Assembly: GCF_964213995.1 (NCBI RefSeq)
Contig: NW_027590139.1
Coordinates: forward strand, 1,302,001 to 1,366,000
Source: Mustelus asterias
Taxonomy: Eukaryota
DNA: 64,000 nt
Reading direction: 5' to 3'
The notes under the pieces are model-generated. The model searched no databases. It saw nothing but the letters and a program-made list of their open reading frames with translations, and was not told where the DNA came from. This document shows, one piece after another, positions 23,155 to 35,609 of the stretch (positions are counted from its first letter, which is position 1; the number at the start of each line of letters is the position of its first letter). A program made the position numbers and the translations under genes.

Positions 23155-23445
23155 TCATAGAACCCTTATCGTGTAGAAGGAAGCAATTGGGCTCATCCAG
23201 CACCAGCAGCAAACGCACCCAGGCTCCATCCCTGTAATCCCGCATATTTCCCCAGTTAATCCCCTGACTCTAAGGGTAACGTAACATGACCAATCACCTA
23301 ATCCGCACATTTTTGTCTTATAGGACGTGTGCTCGGTTTTCTTCCGCACATACAGACACGGGGAGAATGTGCAAACTGCACACAGTCACCCGAAACCAGA
23401 ACTGAACACGGGCCCTGTTACTGGGAGGCAGTAGTGCTAACCACA
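23155..23445 (-). mobile_element. V-SINE, degenerate (same position in the unit as 21380-21675)
   Basis: SINE core; shared insertion point after ggaggcagaatcata. Confidence 0.75.
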
Positions 23446-23515
23446 GTTATTCTACCGATATAATTCGCTGAGTCATCTGCCCCAAGTTAAGCAGGAGTTC
23501 GGGCGTTGAGAATAG

Positions 23516-23587
23516 TGGTTTCATTGAGATTCGAGCTCGGAATGCTGGATTCAAAGTCCAGAGTGCTCACCGTTACACCATGGAACC
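23516..23587 (-). pseudogene. tRNA-Gln(TTG), T-arm degenerate
   Basis: GGTTCCATGGTGTAACGGTGAGCACTCTGGACTTTGAATCCAGCATTCCGAGCTCGAATCTCAATGAAACCA. Confidence 0.8.
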
Positions 23588-23885
23588 AACTGGGCGTTGT
23601 TTTAATGCGGGAGACCTTTCACCCAAATCTCACACAAACACACGCTTGCTCAATAATTGCCAGGCTCCAGTCGGGTTGTTATTTGACACCAACTGCTCCT
23701 CTGATTCGACAGAACGTCAAAGAGTAGCGAAAGATGAAAAAAGAAAAACACTGATGCTACAAGCATCTGGCGCCAGAGTCTCAGCAATGTGTATTGACAA
23801 AGTGCCCTCTCGATTCGTACATGGTGACAAATGGAGAATAAATGTCATGGAGAAAATCAATTATCAGCATTGGTAAAGGAGAGCA

Positions 23886-23957
23886 AGGCTCCACTGAGAT
23901 TTGAACTCAGATCGCAGCATTGAAAGTTCAGCGAGCTCACCATTACACCACGGAACA
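23886..23957 (-). pseudogene. tRNA-Gln pseudogene
   Basis: Degenerate anticodon arm, B box retained. Confidence 0.7.
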
Positions 23958-24193
23958 CAGAGCACCGCAATGACTTGCAAATGACCTGCGAAACATGGCT
24001 ATTTCTGGAGATATCTCCCGATAGGTCTTGCGATGAAATAATTTGAGATTTGGGGCACTCTGCCTTCTGAGCTTTTCTGATATCAACGGTGGCCTATAAC
24101 GACACATTGTTATCATACTTGCTGTTGCTGTCACATCGAATGAAACAGATCAAATTGTTCGAGTGATCATTTGCCGGCAATGGGCGCGTTCTG

Positions 24194-24265
24194 AGATCTG
24201 TGGTGTACCGGTGAGCGCTCTGGAATCTGAATTCAGCAATTCGAGTTCGTATCGTGGCAAAACCT
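24194..24265 (+). pseudogene. tRNA-Gln pseudogene
   Basis: gtggtgtaccggtgagcgctctggaatctgaattcagcaattcgagttcg. Confidence 0.65.
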
Positions 24266-24664
24266 TGATTTGTTTTGCTAAAGCCGATGACGGGTTTGCA
24301 GAAGGGCATTTTATTTTAAATTGTCAGAAAGTGTAAATCTAAACACTGACGAAATCTCAGCAAATTCCACGGCATTCAAATTGCAGACGCTGCAGCGAAT
24401 GCCTCTCCTGGCGTCATTGCATCAGCCCCACAGGATGATTGCTCAGGAATACAATGCGCTGAGAGGCAGGGAAGCCACTGTAGAAAGGGGGGGGGGGGGG
24501 GGGGTCCATCTTCATGTGTCGTGTCATTCACTCACTCATCTGTCCCAATTTAAAGATTTCGGAAGCGAGAGGCCAGAGTGCGATCCGTTACACCATGGAA
24601 TCGACAGCACTGTGACCGAAGACACTAGACTTGTCTCCCAAAACACACACACGTACCTACACTC

Positions 24665-24724
24665 GCTCTCTCTCTCTCTCACGCGCACGCGCGCGCGCGC
24701 GCGCGCACACACACACACACACAC
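24665..24724. repeat. (CT)n(CG)n(CA)n microsatellite, potential Z-DNA
   Basis: Direct observation; paralogous tracts at 1126-1162, 1870-1927, 3592-3621. Confidence 0.85.
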
Positions 24725-24976
24725 TTGCTCAATAATTGCTGGACTCCATTCGAAGGGCTGTTGCTCCGGCACCAGCTGCTCCTTTCTTTCAACAGAGGAA
24801 TTAAAGAGAAGATAAAATATGAAAAGACATTGATGCGGCAGGCATCTGGCGCCAGAGGCTCAGCAATGCGCATTGTAATAGCAGTTGAACTGGCTGACAA
24901 ATTGCCCTCTCGATTCGTACGTTGTGAAAAAATTGAACGAAATGCCCTTCGGCAAATCAACCATCAGCGTTGACCA

Positions 24977-25048
24977 AAGTTCCGCCGAGATTTGAACTCA
25001 GATCGCTGGATTCAGAGTCCAGAGTGCTCACCATTACACCACGGAACC
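24977..25048 (-). tRNA. tRNA-Gln(CTG), near-intact
   Basis: GGTTCCGTGGTGTAATGGTGAGCACTCTGGACTCTGAATCCAGCGATCTGAGTTCAAATCTCGGCGGAACTT; two G-U wobbles. Confidence 0.85.
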
Positions 25049-25984
25049 CAACACACAATATCTGCCTGCAAATAATCATGCAATACCTGTGCCAGTCTGA
25101 ACAGCAGGGAGAAAAATCATTCCCATTCCACAATCCCGTCAATTACCCACAGCAATTCATACTGACATTGCCCTGCTGTTTCCTCCGAAAATAATGAGTA
25201 CTCTACCTTCAACTGCATTGAATTTCACTGCAGCTCACCACATTCAAAGAGCAATGTTAGCATCGACCTGTTATAAACTCTATTGTGGTCAATCTACTGA
25301 ACAGCATCAGCTGTTCACCCTCTATTTTCGTCGCATTGGAAGCCAGTGTGAAAATGTGAACAATTTCTAACCTTAACAGACAGGAAGCAGAGTGTGACTG
25401 TGGATAATTGGCACTGTGCACATTGCTGTAATCAGTACCTGGGAGAATCGGGCAGGTGGGATCCTGGTCATCGAGTGGTGAGGGGTCGGCGTTTTCAGGG
25501 TCGCAGACTGGCTTCGATGTACTAAGATTTAATGGTTTTGATTTTTAAAAAACTTGAAGTACTTCCTGATCGATAGCAGCTCTGTCAGAATCAGTGGAGT
25601 GAGATTTGTAGTTGGCTTGCGAGCTGGAAATGTCACATGTGCAACAGGTAAAGGACAAACACAGATAGTGAAGGACAGTGATAGATTGTAAGGTTCTGCC
25701 GATAGAGATCGTGATACAACGTAACGTCTGGGTGCTAATGGGCCAGATTTACCCGTTTACACTGACAAAAATATCACGCATTTCTGGATACAAATTCCCA
25801 GGCGAAGAAGAAAACTTCTCACCGAATGAACGTTAAACTCTTTCACCTTTATTGATTGCAGTTTTCATTCCTTCACTGAGATCAACAAAGCGGGATGGAG
25901 AAAGATTCAGTTTGATTGGTGACGCTGCCGGAGGGATGGAGAGCTGGAGTTCACCCAGGAAAGCAGCAAAGATTAAACACGATG

Positions 25985-26057
25985 GAGTCTAACGTGGGGC
26001 TGCAATCAACGATTCTGAAATTACATCTGATATGCTGCGACTAAGCTAACCGTCCTC
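25985..26057 (-). pseudogene. tRNA-Lys-like relic
   Basis: aacgtggggctgcaatcaacgattctgaaatt...cgactaagctaaccg resembles antisense tRNA-Lys(CTT). Confidence 0.45.
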
Positions 26058-26589
26058 CTGCTGCAGCGATGCTTGCACCCTTTCTTAACATACGTGAAGC
26101 CAAACGCTGTTTCCATCTGGTGTCTCAGCTTGTTCTGAATTCAAAGTTTACAGTTAACCGATCAATAAAATCCCCACCGTTACAATGCATTCCTCTCAGT
26201 CAGCAGTAACATCATTCCCGTCTTCTATTTATTTGCTGCACCTCCTTCCAAACATTACAAACTCCTCTTACATCTTTCACTCTGACCTTTTCTCTGAAAC
26301 ATTTCATGATTAAACTTTTGAACTATTGTGGATAATTTTGTGACGCTAAAAAGCTGTTCATTTCCAAGGGGGAGCTAAAGCACATTGACGCACACAGAGA
26401 AACCCAGACACATACACGCACCCAGGGTGACAGAGGCCGAAGGAGAGACAACACACTGAAAACACAACCTGGTTCCGTCTCTGTTCCATTTCTGACTGCA
26501 GGTTCCGTGATGCTTTTGTGAATGAACGGAAATGTGAAACCGCCCGATTGTTTGGGTGGATTTGATTCAATTCGCTCTGTGGACACAGA

Positions 26590-26669
26590 GTTAAAACCAG
26601 GAATAATCAGAAGCGGGAAATCCCAATGGATTCAAACTCCATCACGTTAACCAGCCAGCCACGATGACT
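26590..26669 (-). pseudogene. tRNA-Ser-like relic
   Basis: gcgggaaatcccaatggattcaaactccatcacgttaaccagccagccacgatgac resembles antisense tRNA-Ser. Confidence 0.5.
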
Positions 26670-27584
26670 GGCGCTCTGAGCTATGAAACCAACCGCATGC
26701 CCATTTTAACAGTTACTCTTCTATAACCAGTGGAACGAGCATCAGAGCGAAGATTTTGTGGGTAATATTTGATTCATAGGAAATGTCTGAGATGGACAAT
26801 ACGAAGTTCAAAGATGTTAATGGAAAGCGGCAGAATTTGAAATGTGTCAGTTACTTTCTGTGATCACTGTCTGCCGTGTGTTTGCCGTGTGATTCTTCGT
26901 CAGAGCTTATTTCTGATGTTATATGTCTGACTTTTCCAACTCTAGTGCAAGTTCATGCAGCTGGAAGATTAATCTTGCTTCGCCCTTCACAGATGCTGTG
27001 AGGTGTGTTTGCATTCAATGAAGAATTATAGAAAGTTATTCAGTTCTTGGGTGGAAATCAAACTCGAACCACCGTACTGAATCCTGACCACGAAACTTCC
27101 AGTGAAGCTGATTTAAGAGATTTGCAATTAGTTGATCATCATCGCTTTAGTCATTGCTTCATTTCAGGCCACTTTCGCCTGAGACACATGCACTCAATCA
27201 TGATATCAATTTATGATTCCGGTAAAACGCACCTCTTTCCTTGTGTTCAGATCCAATTATCCCCATAAACGGAGCAAATTCAAAATGTTCTACTTAGTTA
27301 TCGACTGTTATAAACCCCGGGCCCAATGCGGTGAAAACACTGATTCGGCACCAATAGATCACCCGGACTCCACCATCACCAGCTCAATGTTGCACTTGTC
27401 CATCATTCCTTGTGTCAGTGAGTCCATCCTCTCTTGCTCTCTAACACATAGCTTCCGTTTTGTTCCCATACAGAGCAATTCCCGACTTAAATGCTGCAAT
27501 AACTCAACAGTTCAATTAAAGTTTCGTGAGAAACGAGAATAATTCTGAAATATGAATCAGTGAGCAATAACAAGCATTTGGAAA

Positions 27585-27657
27585 TGTTTCTACGCGGTCT
27601 TGAACCAGGAACGTTTCGCGTGTGAAATGAACGTGATAACCACTACACTGCAGAGAC
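27585..27657 (-). pseudogene. tRNA-Val(CAC) pseudogene
   Basis: GTCTCTGCAGTGTAGTGGTTATCACGTTCATTTCACACGCGAAACGTTCCTGGTTCAAGACCGCGTAGAAACA. Confidence 0.75.
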
Positions 27658-27859
27658 ACAGCAGTCCTTGCAGCTGAAGCAGGTTTACTGGAGAAGCAAC
27701 AAAACTGCTTCCACAATCCCGTTAGTTTCTCATTTTACATTGCCCCTTCTGGTTCCTCTCATCAAAATGAATGATAATACATTCCACTGCGAAACATTTT
27801 GGCGATCACGTGTTTGACCAACTTTATTCTTAACGTTTAAAGCAAATTAAGTGAGTATC

Positions 27860-27942
27860 TGACGGTGGGGGAATTTGAACCCAGTCCTCCACAAATAGCG
27901 CTATCCTCAATTTAGTGTCCTCGAATTCTCATCAGTGACACC
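27860..27942 (-). pseudogene. tRNA-Leu-like relic
   Basis: ggtgggggaatttgaacccagtcctcc... B box plus long variable-arm spacing. Confidence 0.45.
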
Positions 27943-29290
27943 ATCAGAAGTGATTGCTACCAGAGCTGTTATTGGCAGTGAACAGAACCAATGAGGTGGG
28001 ATTGGATCACATGTCCCGTTGAGTCTCCTCCGCCACTGAAGATCAAGACGTGTGCCCAGCTCAACAACCACCTCATCTCAGGAATCAATTCAATGAAGCT
28101 TGGTTCCACCCAGACATGGAGAGAATATAATGAATAAAAAAGAACAAAAGAGGGGAATTGGATGGAGAGACTGAGCGAGGGAATAACCGACGCAGATCTA
28201 CAAAGAGAAAGAAAGAGACAGAGTCGGGAAGACACTGAACGGAAAAAATGCCAATTCCATTTGATTTGAATTAAAGAAAAAGAAAGTTGAAAGCATTGAA
28301 AACAGCAAATGCTATGGTCATAAAAATATATTCTGGCAATGGTGCTGAAGAATTCAGATTCAGATCTTACCGCAATCCGAGCTAAGCTGTTCCTACGCTA
28401 CAACACTGCCATCTAACCGCCAATGCTACAATTTGCCCAAGATTGCCCGGTTTACAAATATCAGGTCAAATCCAACGCCGCAAATTACCATCAGTCTACT
28501 CCTGATCATCTGTAACGTGACGGAAGGGGCAATAAACAATGATATCAGGAGGAACTCCAATTCAAACTGGAGGAACATCGCCCGATCTCCCGATTCGGCA
28601 CTGACTGCGTTCCAGACTTAACACTGAATTCAACAACTTCAGAGCATCTCCTTTCCTCCATCCTCACCCAATTTCCATTTATTTTGTTTTATTTCGTTTG
28701 ATCTTATTTATTTATTTTTATTGTTTTATATCTTCTTTTATATATATATTTATTTTTTTAATTTCCATGTATTGCATTGTTTATTTAAAATCTCACTTTC
28801 CATTTTGTTGCTCCCTCTCCCTCCACCCCACTCGGGCCGTCTCTTACATTTCCTTTGTTCTGCCGTTTACACATTCTGGTCTCTTAATGGGCGGCCAGCA
28901 GCACCCTTCTCAGCCATGATCACCACCATTAAAATTCTCTTTTTCTTAATTTATATGCAGCACCTTTGTCACCCACCCCACACCCATATCCCTCACCATT
29001 ACAGTATAAATCTCGTCCAAATTTCTTTGTCTTCAGCTCTGACGATGGGTCATCCAGATTTTGAACGTTAGCTCTATTCTCCCTTCACAGGTGCTTTCAG
29101 ACCTGTTGAGATTTTCCAGCGTTTTCTGTTCTTGTTTCAGGTTCCAGCATCCACAGTAAATGTGTTTATTCAATAGACACTTGTCAGACAGACTTGTCCA
29201 GACTTGTCCCTGGTATACAAAAAAATGCTAAAATGGAAACAAAGCGCCAAGTCAGCATGGGTAGGGTAGATTAAAACGCTCGCAGGCAGT

Positions 29291-29358
29291 TTCCGTGGTG
29301 ATCTCGTGGTTAGGATTTGGCGCTTTCACCGCAGCGGTTCGATTCCTGGTCAGGGAAT
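29291..29358 (+). pseudogene. tRNA-Glu(TTC) pseudogene
   Basis: ttccgtggtgatctcgtggttaggatttggcgctttcaccgcagcggttcgattcctggtcagggaa; small deletion before the T arm. Confidence 0.75.
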
Positions 29359-29564
29359 CAAGCTTTATTGTTTTCTTGCAGCACATGATTTAAGTGGAGT
29401 TGAAATTACTTCCTGATCGAAAACAGGAGTGATATTGGTGCCAGTTTCAACAGTACAGAGAAAAATACGTCCCATTCCACAAACCCGTCAATTACCCACA
29501 ACAATTTATATTTGCATGGCCTCTTTTGGTTCCTCCAGTCAAAATGAATAATGAGATATTCTCG

Positions 29565-29870
29565 TAGAATCCCTATTGTACAGAAGGAGGTCGGTCGGCC
29601 CATCGAGTGCGCACCGACAACAATCCCATCCACGCCCTATTCCCGGAAACCCACATGTTTACCCTGATAATCCCGCTGACAGGCGGGTCAATTTAGCATG
29701 GCCAAGCAACCGAACTCACACATGTTTGGAAAGGAAACCGGAGCACACGGAGGAAACCCACGCAGACACGGGGAGAACGTGCATACTCCGCACAGAGTGA
29801 CCCGAGAAATTTAACCTGAGCCACTGGCGCTGTGAGGCATCATTGCTAACCACTGTGAAACCATGCCGTC
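29565..29870 (-). mobile_element. V-SINE
   Basis: SINE core, reverse complement. Confidence 0.8.
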
Positions 29871-30476
29871 CTATTCTACTGCATTTAATTTTACTGCAGT
29901 GTTAGTACCAACCTGTGATAAACCATTTTGTGGTAATTCTGCTGATCAACATTAACTTATCAGCGTTAATGGACGGTGGTTTCCAGCCCCAAGTTGGGGG
30001 CCACTGTTTGTATAGAAGGAGGTTTGTACAGAAGAAGCAACTTTGCTGCTTTTCTGGGTGAACTCCAGCTCTCCATTCCTCCGGCAGCGTCACCGTTCAA
30101 ACTGAGTCTTTCTCCATCCCACGCTGTTAATCTCAAAGCTCCTGCCTTCTGAGTGAAAACTGCCTCCACTTCACTGGAGGTCGGAGAGTTACAATTAGAG
30201 GTCTTCTTGTCACTGAGTCCGAGATTTGGACCCAGACCTGCGAGGTATTTGTGTCAGTGGAAAGAACAAAACCTACTCCATCAACAGCCAGATCTTAGCC
30301 CACATCACCATCGATATCGTCAGCGCTTTGTATCCTATTTCTCTCTCTTTTTTTGTTCTTGGCATGTGACATTTCCAATTCAGACACAAAAGAGGAAATC
30401 TACCTACCACTGATTCCCACAGAACTGGTACAAACCTGGAAGGAACGCAGGATTTTTACGCAGCAATAAACCTACT

Positions 30477-30548
30477 TTCCCTGACCGGGAATCAAACCCG
30501 GGCCGCGGTGGTGAGAGCACCGAATCCTAACCACTAGACCACCAGGGA
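30477..30548 (-). tRNA. tRNA-Glu(CTC), three transition changes from the canonical sequence (possibly impaired)
   Basis: TCCCTGGTGGTCTAGTGGTTAGGATTCGGTGCTCTCACCACCGCGGCCCGGGTTTGATTCCCGGTCAGGGAA. Confidence 0.8.
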
Positions 30549-31084
30549 AGCTGGCCCAAGCTCTTTAAAAGATTGATTTATCCATGAGCCTGTTGCCTTT
30601 TATTTTTATTTCAGACTTTTTATTCACCAAAAACAAGTTTCTCCTTTAAATTGTCATGTTTAGATCGAACCCAAGGTACTGTTTAGCCAATGAAAACAAC
30701 GAATCCTGTTAGATGCAACATGAAATCGACCGTGAGGTGAAATAGTCCCGCAAGCTGGTCATGTGGCACTTCCAATTTCCAAAACCCACCAAACTGATCG
30801 CTGTGGCTTCTGTCGGGGGGGGGGGGGGGGGGAGCTCCGCACTGCACATGCGCAGCTTCCCCTCTCCCTTGGACATGCGCAGCCCCAGGCCTTGGGGGAG
30901 TGGACAGATTCAATCTACCTCCTGTCCTCAGCATTCCTCCTGTGGGATAGTAACTGTTGGACTGCTTTTGTTAAACTCGTTCTGTGATTTTAAAGGGTTC
31001 AGTAGTGCAATCGACACAGTTAAACAGTCCTTAAAAGAGGCCAGCATCTGTGAGTAAAACACTTTCTTTTCTCCCCCTTTCAGG

Positions 31085-31188
31085 TGAGGAATTCCCACTC
31101 ACCTGAAGAAGGAGCTTATGGCTCCGAAAGCTTGTGGCTTTGCTACCAAATAAACCTGTTGGACTTTAACCTGGTGTTGTTAAACTAC
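31085..31188 (+). mobile_element. Penelope terminal-repeat fragment with hammerhead-like core
   Basis: cacctgaagaaggagcttatggctccgaaagcttgtg...aataaacctgttggactttaacctggtgttgttaaact. Confidence 0.7.
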
Positions 31189-31783
31189 CCAGGACAGGAA
31201 GCAGTGAGCATGGATCTGTCAATCAGCCTCAATCAGCACCTTCAGGAGAATTGGGAGGGTGAATATTAGATACAGCAGAGTGAGAATGGAGGGAGAGTGT
31301 GTGGGATGGAGATTTACAGCTTTTGGGGAATGAGAGAGGAAAGAATGTTCCATAGAAACTAGAATTGTCTGTTCTGAACTTCTATCCTGTGCTGACATTG
31401 TTGAATTTTTCAAACTCGTTTACAGGATATGAGAAGGTGAGGATTAACAGACCAAAATCTTGAAACAAACATCACACCAGCATCTGACACCCTCACTCAA
31501 TTCATCAAACCTGAATATTATCAGCCTTTGAATCTAGAAGGAGAAATGTTTCTCCCTTCTGTCTGCGAAAACAGGTCTTTAATATCAATGTGACTGGAAA
31601 AGCACCAAGGCACAGATACACCCGAGTGAGAGTGTTCCAGTGCACTGAGTGTGGAAAGAGCTTTAACCAGTTACACAGCCTGAAAATACATCACAGCATT
31701 CACAGCGGGGAGAGACTGTACCCGTGTTCTGTGTGAGATTTAACTGATTGTTTAACCTGGAGAGTGACAAGGACACCCGCACC

Positions 31784-32885
31784 ATGGAGAAACCGTGGAA
31801 ATGTGGGGACTGTGGGAAGAGATACAGACCCCCCTGTGACCTGGAAATCCATCGAGGAGAGGCCATTTACCTGCTCTGAGTGTGAGAAGTGATACATTCA
31901 GTTATCCCACCTGCTCAGACACAAAGTCACTCACAGCAATGAGAGACCCTTTAAATGTTCTGACTGTGGAAGCGGCTTCAAACATGCTGCGGATCTGAGA
32001 GAGCACGAGCGCATTCACACTGAGGAGAGACCGTTCAGCTGCTCTCACTGCACAAAGACATTCAGAACATCATCCAACCTGCGGCAACACCAGCGAGTTC
32101 ACACCGGGGAGAGACCGTTCACCTGCTCTGTGTGTGGGAAGGGATTCACTCAGTCATCCAGCCTGCTGAAACACAAAGTCACTCACACCCAGGAGAGACC
32201 CTTTAAATGCTCTGACTGTGGGAGAGGCTTCAAAAGCTCAGGTGAACTGATGTCCCACAAACGCTTTCACACTGCAGAGGGACTGTTCACCTGCTCTGTG
32301 TGTGGGAAGGGATTCAATCGGTCATCCCACCTGCAGACACACCAGCGAGTTCATACTGGGGAGAGACCATTCACCTGCTGTGTGTGTGGAAAGGGATTCA
32401 CTCAGTCATCCCACCTACAGAATCACAAAGTCACTCACAGCAATGAGAGACCCTTTAAATGCTCTGACTGTGGGAGCAGCTTCAAAAGTGCTGCGGATCT
32501 GAATATCCACCAGCGCATTCACACTGAGGAGAGACCGTTCAGCTGCTCTCACTGCACAAAGAGGTTCAAAACCTCATCCAATCTGCGGGTACACCAGCGA
32601 GTTCACACTGGGAAGAGGCCATTCACTTGCTCTGTGTGTGGGAAGGGATTCACTCAGTCATCTGGTCTGACAACACACAAAGTCACTCACAGCAATGAGA
32701 GACCTTTTAAATGCTCTGACTGTGGGCGTGGCTTCAAAAGTGCTGCGGATCTGATGATTCACCAGCGCACTCACAGTGAGGAGAGACCGTTCAGCTGCTC
32801 TCACTGCACAAAGAGATTTAAAAGTTTATCCAATCTGCGGAAACACCAGCGAGTTCACACTGAGGAGAAACCATTCCCCTGCTAA
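31784..32885 (+). pseudogene. C2H2 zinc-finger gene, 5' deletion/stop and 3' SINE truncation
   Basis: MEKPWKC start, deletion near 31855, stop near 31890; about 9 intact fingers in 32130-32885. Confidence 0.85.
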
Positions 32886-33105
32886 TCCCTCTAACCTACG
32901 CATCCCAGGACACTAAGGGCAATTTTAGCATGGCCAATCAACCTAACCTGCACATCTTTGGACTGTGGGAGGAAACCGGAGCAAACCCACGCAGACACGA
33001 GGAGAATGTGCAAACTCCACACAGACAGTGACCCAAACCAGGAATCGAACCCAGGTCCCTGGAGCTGTGAAGCAACAGTGCTAACCACTGTGCTACCGTG
33101 CCACC
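32883..33105 (-). mobile_element. V-SINE abutting the ZNF 3' end
   Basis: Near-consensus SINE; its taa closes the ZNF ORF. Confidence 0.9.
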
Positions 33106-33534
33106 CCGTGAAGCTTCTTGTAGTTTAATTTCCTTCGACACACACAGATTAGTGTGGGTTTGATTATCAGTTTCTGTCATGGTGTTGTTGTGATGTATTT
33201 TCTGTTACTTTTTTTCTTATGAAAATAAAATAAAAATGGTATTTTGTAATGTGTATGTTGCTTCCTGAGCTTTAGCACACCTGTCACCTTTCTGCGTAGA
33301 TTTTCTATGTTCTGTAATAATTGTATTAGTTTAAGTTTGTGTAGCTCTTGTACTTTTAGTTATTTGTCTTTCAGTAACTTGCTTCAGGCGTCAGCAGTCA
33401 CTGAGAAATGAAACATCACACCTCAGATGTAGCAGTGAGGTCGATGAGCCTGAGGAACATCAATCATCAGGAAGTGACACCACACGTCCTTTTATTACAA
33501 GGAAGCAGACACACAAATTATCTTGTGTGTAGGG

Positions 33535-33910
33535 GAAGGGGGAACAGTGGGAGGGGGCGGGGCTCCCAGGTCCGCGCGCCTGAACCCGGAGACGTCACCG
33601 CAGAGCAGAGTGATTGCTATTGGCCGATTCAGGCAGGGCTCCATTGTGCCGTCACAATGACTCAGAGGGGCGTTCACAGCACACAGTGTCCCATTGGCAG
33701 CAATATCACTGGTTACAGAAGCAAAACACTGCGGATTGGACACCAGCTCAGCGCGGCTGGCGGTCAAAGCACCGCCCACCCGCATGTGTGCTCGGGTTCC
33801 GCCCCCTCATTGTCTACATGCAGCAGATTGACCAATGGCAACGCGTGGAGGACCGGATGGGCGCTGGTCCTCCAGCCAATCAGAGTCCGGGCTTTGTAAC
33901 AATGACCGCG
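33535..33910 (+). promoter_or_regulatory. CpG-rich promoter (GC box, CRE-like, multiple CCAAT), probably for the ZNF at 35610
   Basis: gggggcgggg, gacgtca, attgg/ccaat x5; homologous to 44040-44130(-). Confidence 0.6.
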
Positions 33911-33927
33911 TGGAGCTCCCTGTGGAC

Positions 33928-34815
33928 CTGAATGTGGGGGGTTCGATCAGTAAGTTTGCTGATGGTCCAAAAATTGGTGATGTGGTAAATAGCGAGGAGG
34001 AAAACCTTAGATTACAGGATGATGTGGACGAGCTGGTTAGATGGACAGAACAGTGGCAAATGTAATTTAACCCCCTAAAGTCCGTGGTGAGGCATTTTGG
34101 GAGGACTAACAAGGCAAGGGAATAGACAATGAACAATAGGACGCCAGGAAGTGCAGAAGACCAGAGGGACCTTGGGGTGCATGTCCATCAGAGCCTGAAG
34201 ACAGCAGGACAAATTGATAAAGTGGTTAAGAAGGATATGGGATTCTTGCCTTTTTTAACCGAGGCATAGAATATTAGAGCAAACAAGTTATGATTGAGCT
34301 GTATAAAAAGCTAGAGTACTGTCTGCAATTCGGGTCGCCACATTTTACCAAGGATGTGATTGCGCTAGAGAAGGTGCAGAGCAGATTCACCAGGATGCTG
34401 CCTGGGCTGGAAAGTTTCAGCCATGAAGAGAGGCTGGTGAGGCTGGAATTGTTCTCCCTAATTCAGAGAAGGCTGAGGGGGCCCTGATTGGGATGTATAA
34501 AAATATGAACCCTTAGTTCAAGTAACTTTAGTAGCTGGGTCAACATCCAGATTTAAGGTGAGGGGAAGGAGATTTAGAGGGGATTTGAGGGAAAAGATTT
34601 TCACCCAGAGGGTTATGGAATCAGGAACTCACTGCCTGAAAGGGTGGTAGAGGTGGGAACGCTCAACATTAAGAAGCATTTAGATGAGCACTTGAAATGC
34701 CATCGCTTACAAGGCTACTACTGACCAAATGGTGGAAGGTGGGATTAGAACAGATCGATGCTTGAGAGCTGGCACAAATTCGATGGGCCAAAGGGCCTCT
34801 TGCTGTGCTTTAAAA
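33928..34815 (+). mobile_element. CR1 LINE 3' fragment
   Basis: ISKFADGPKIG...LQDDVDEL..W...WQM; LEYC.QF.SPH..KD..ALEKVQ.RFTRMLPGL. Confidence 0.9.
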
Positions 34816-35609
34816 CTCTGAGGACAGAAATATGACCAGTGTTGTTATGTGATAAATATCGGATGGTTCTGCAATAAAGTACATTTATTATTATTTCTAG
34901 TCTTGTAATATAGTACTGTAGCTATGTCATATATTTCCAGTCAGAGTCATTACAGCACAGGAGGAGTTCATTGGACAACTCCAGTTCCTGCCGAGCAATT
35001 CTGTCAGTCTGGAGTGGGTCCCATTCTGTAACCCTGCAGCACCCATCCAATCACATTCAAAATTACTGACCATCTCTGCTTGACTCCCCTCATAGGCAGC
35101 AAGGTCAAGAACATGACCAATCACAACCCCCTGTATCTTAACCAATTTACAGATTTAGGGGAATGAGTGGGGAAAGAATGTTCCTTAGAAACTAGAATTT
35201 TCGTTCTGAATTTTGATTCTGTATTGATGGTGATTTCTGCTGCAACTCCTTTACAGGATATCAGAAGGTTAAGATCCATAGACGGAAATCCCAAACCAAA
35301 CATCACATCAAGATCTGACAGTCGCTCAATTCATCTGGACCTCAACATCATCGACCTTTGAATCTGGAAGGAGAAATATTTCTGTTTTTTCTGCTTCAGA
35401 ATGTTTAAACATCAGTGTGACTGGAAAGCACCAAGACACACACACACCAGAGTGAGAGTGTTCCAGTGCACTGAGTGTGGAAAGAGCTTTAACCAGTTAC
35501 ACAGCCTGAAAATACATCGCAGCATTCACAGCGGGGAGAGACTGTACCCGTGTTCTGTGTGAGATTTAACTGATTGTTTAACCTGGAGAGTCGCAAGGAC
35601 ACCCGCACC

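Larger units (their letters stand above)
20740..25320. repeat. Array of tRNA-Gln-containing repeat units (homologous to 760-3660)
   Basis: Recurrent blocks gcaggcatctg..ccagaggctcagcaatgtgc...gaactggctgacaaa, aaattccaccgca.tcacattgcaga and cattcactcactcatctgtccc. Confidence 0.85.
27380..29360 (+). repeat. Segmental duplication, right copy (lacks the 1.3-kb insertion)
   Basis: Colinear with 3730-4270 joined to 5536-6920. Confidence 0.85.
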
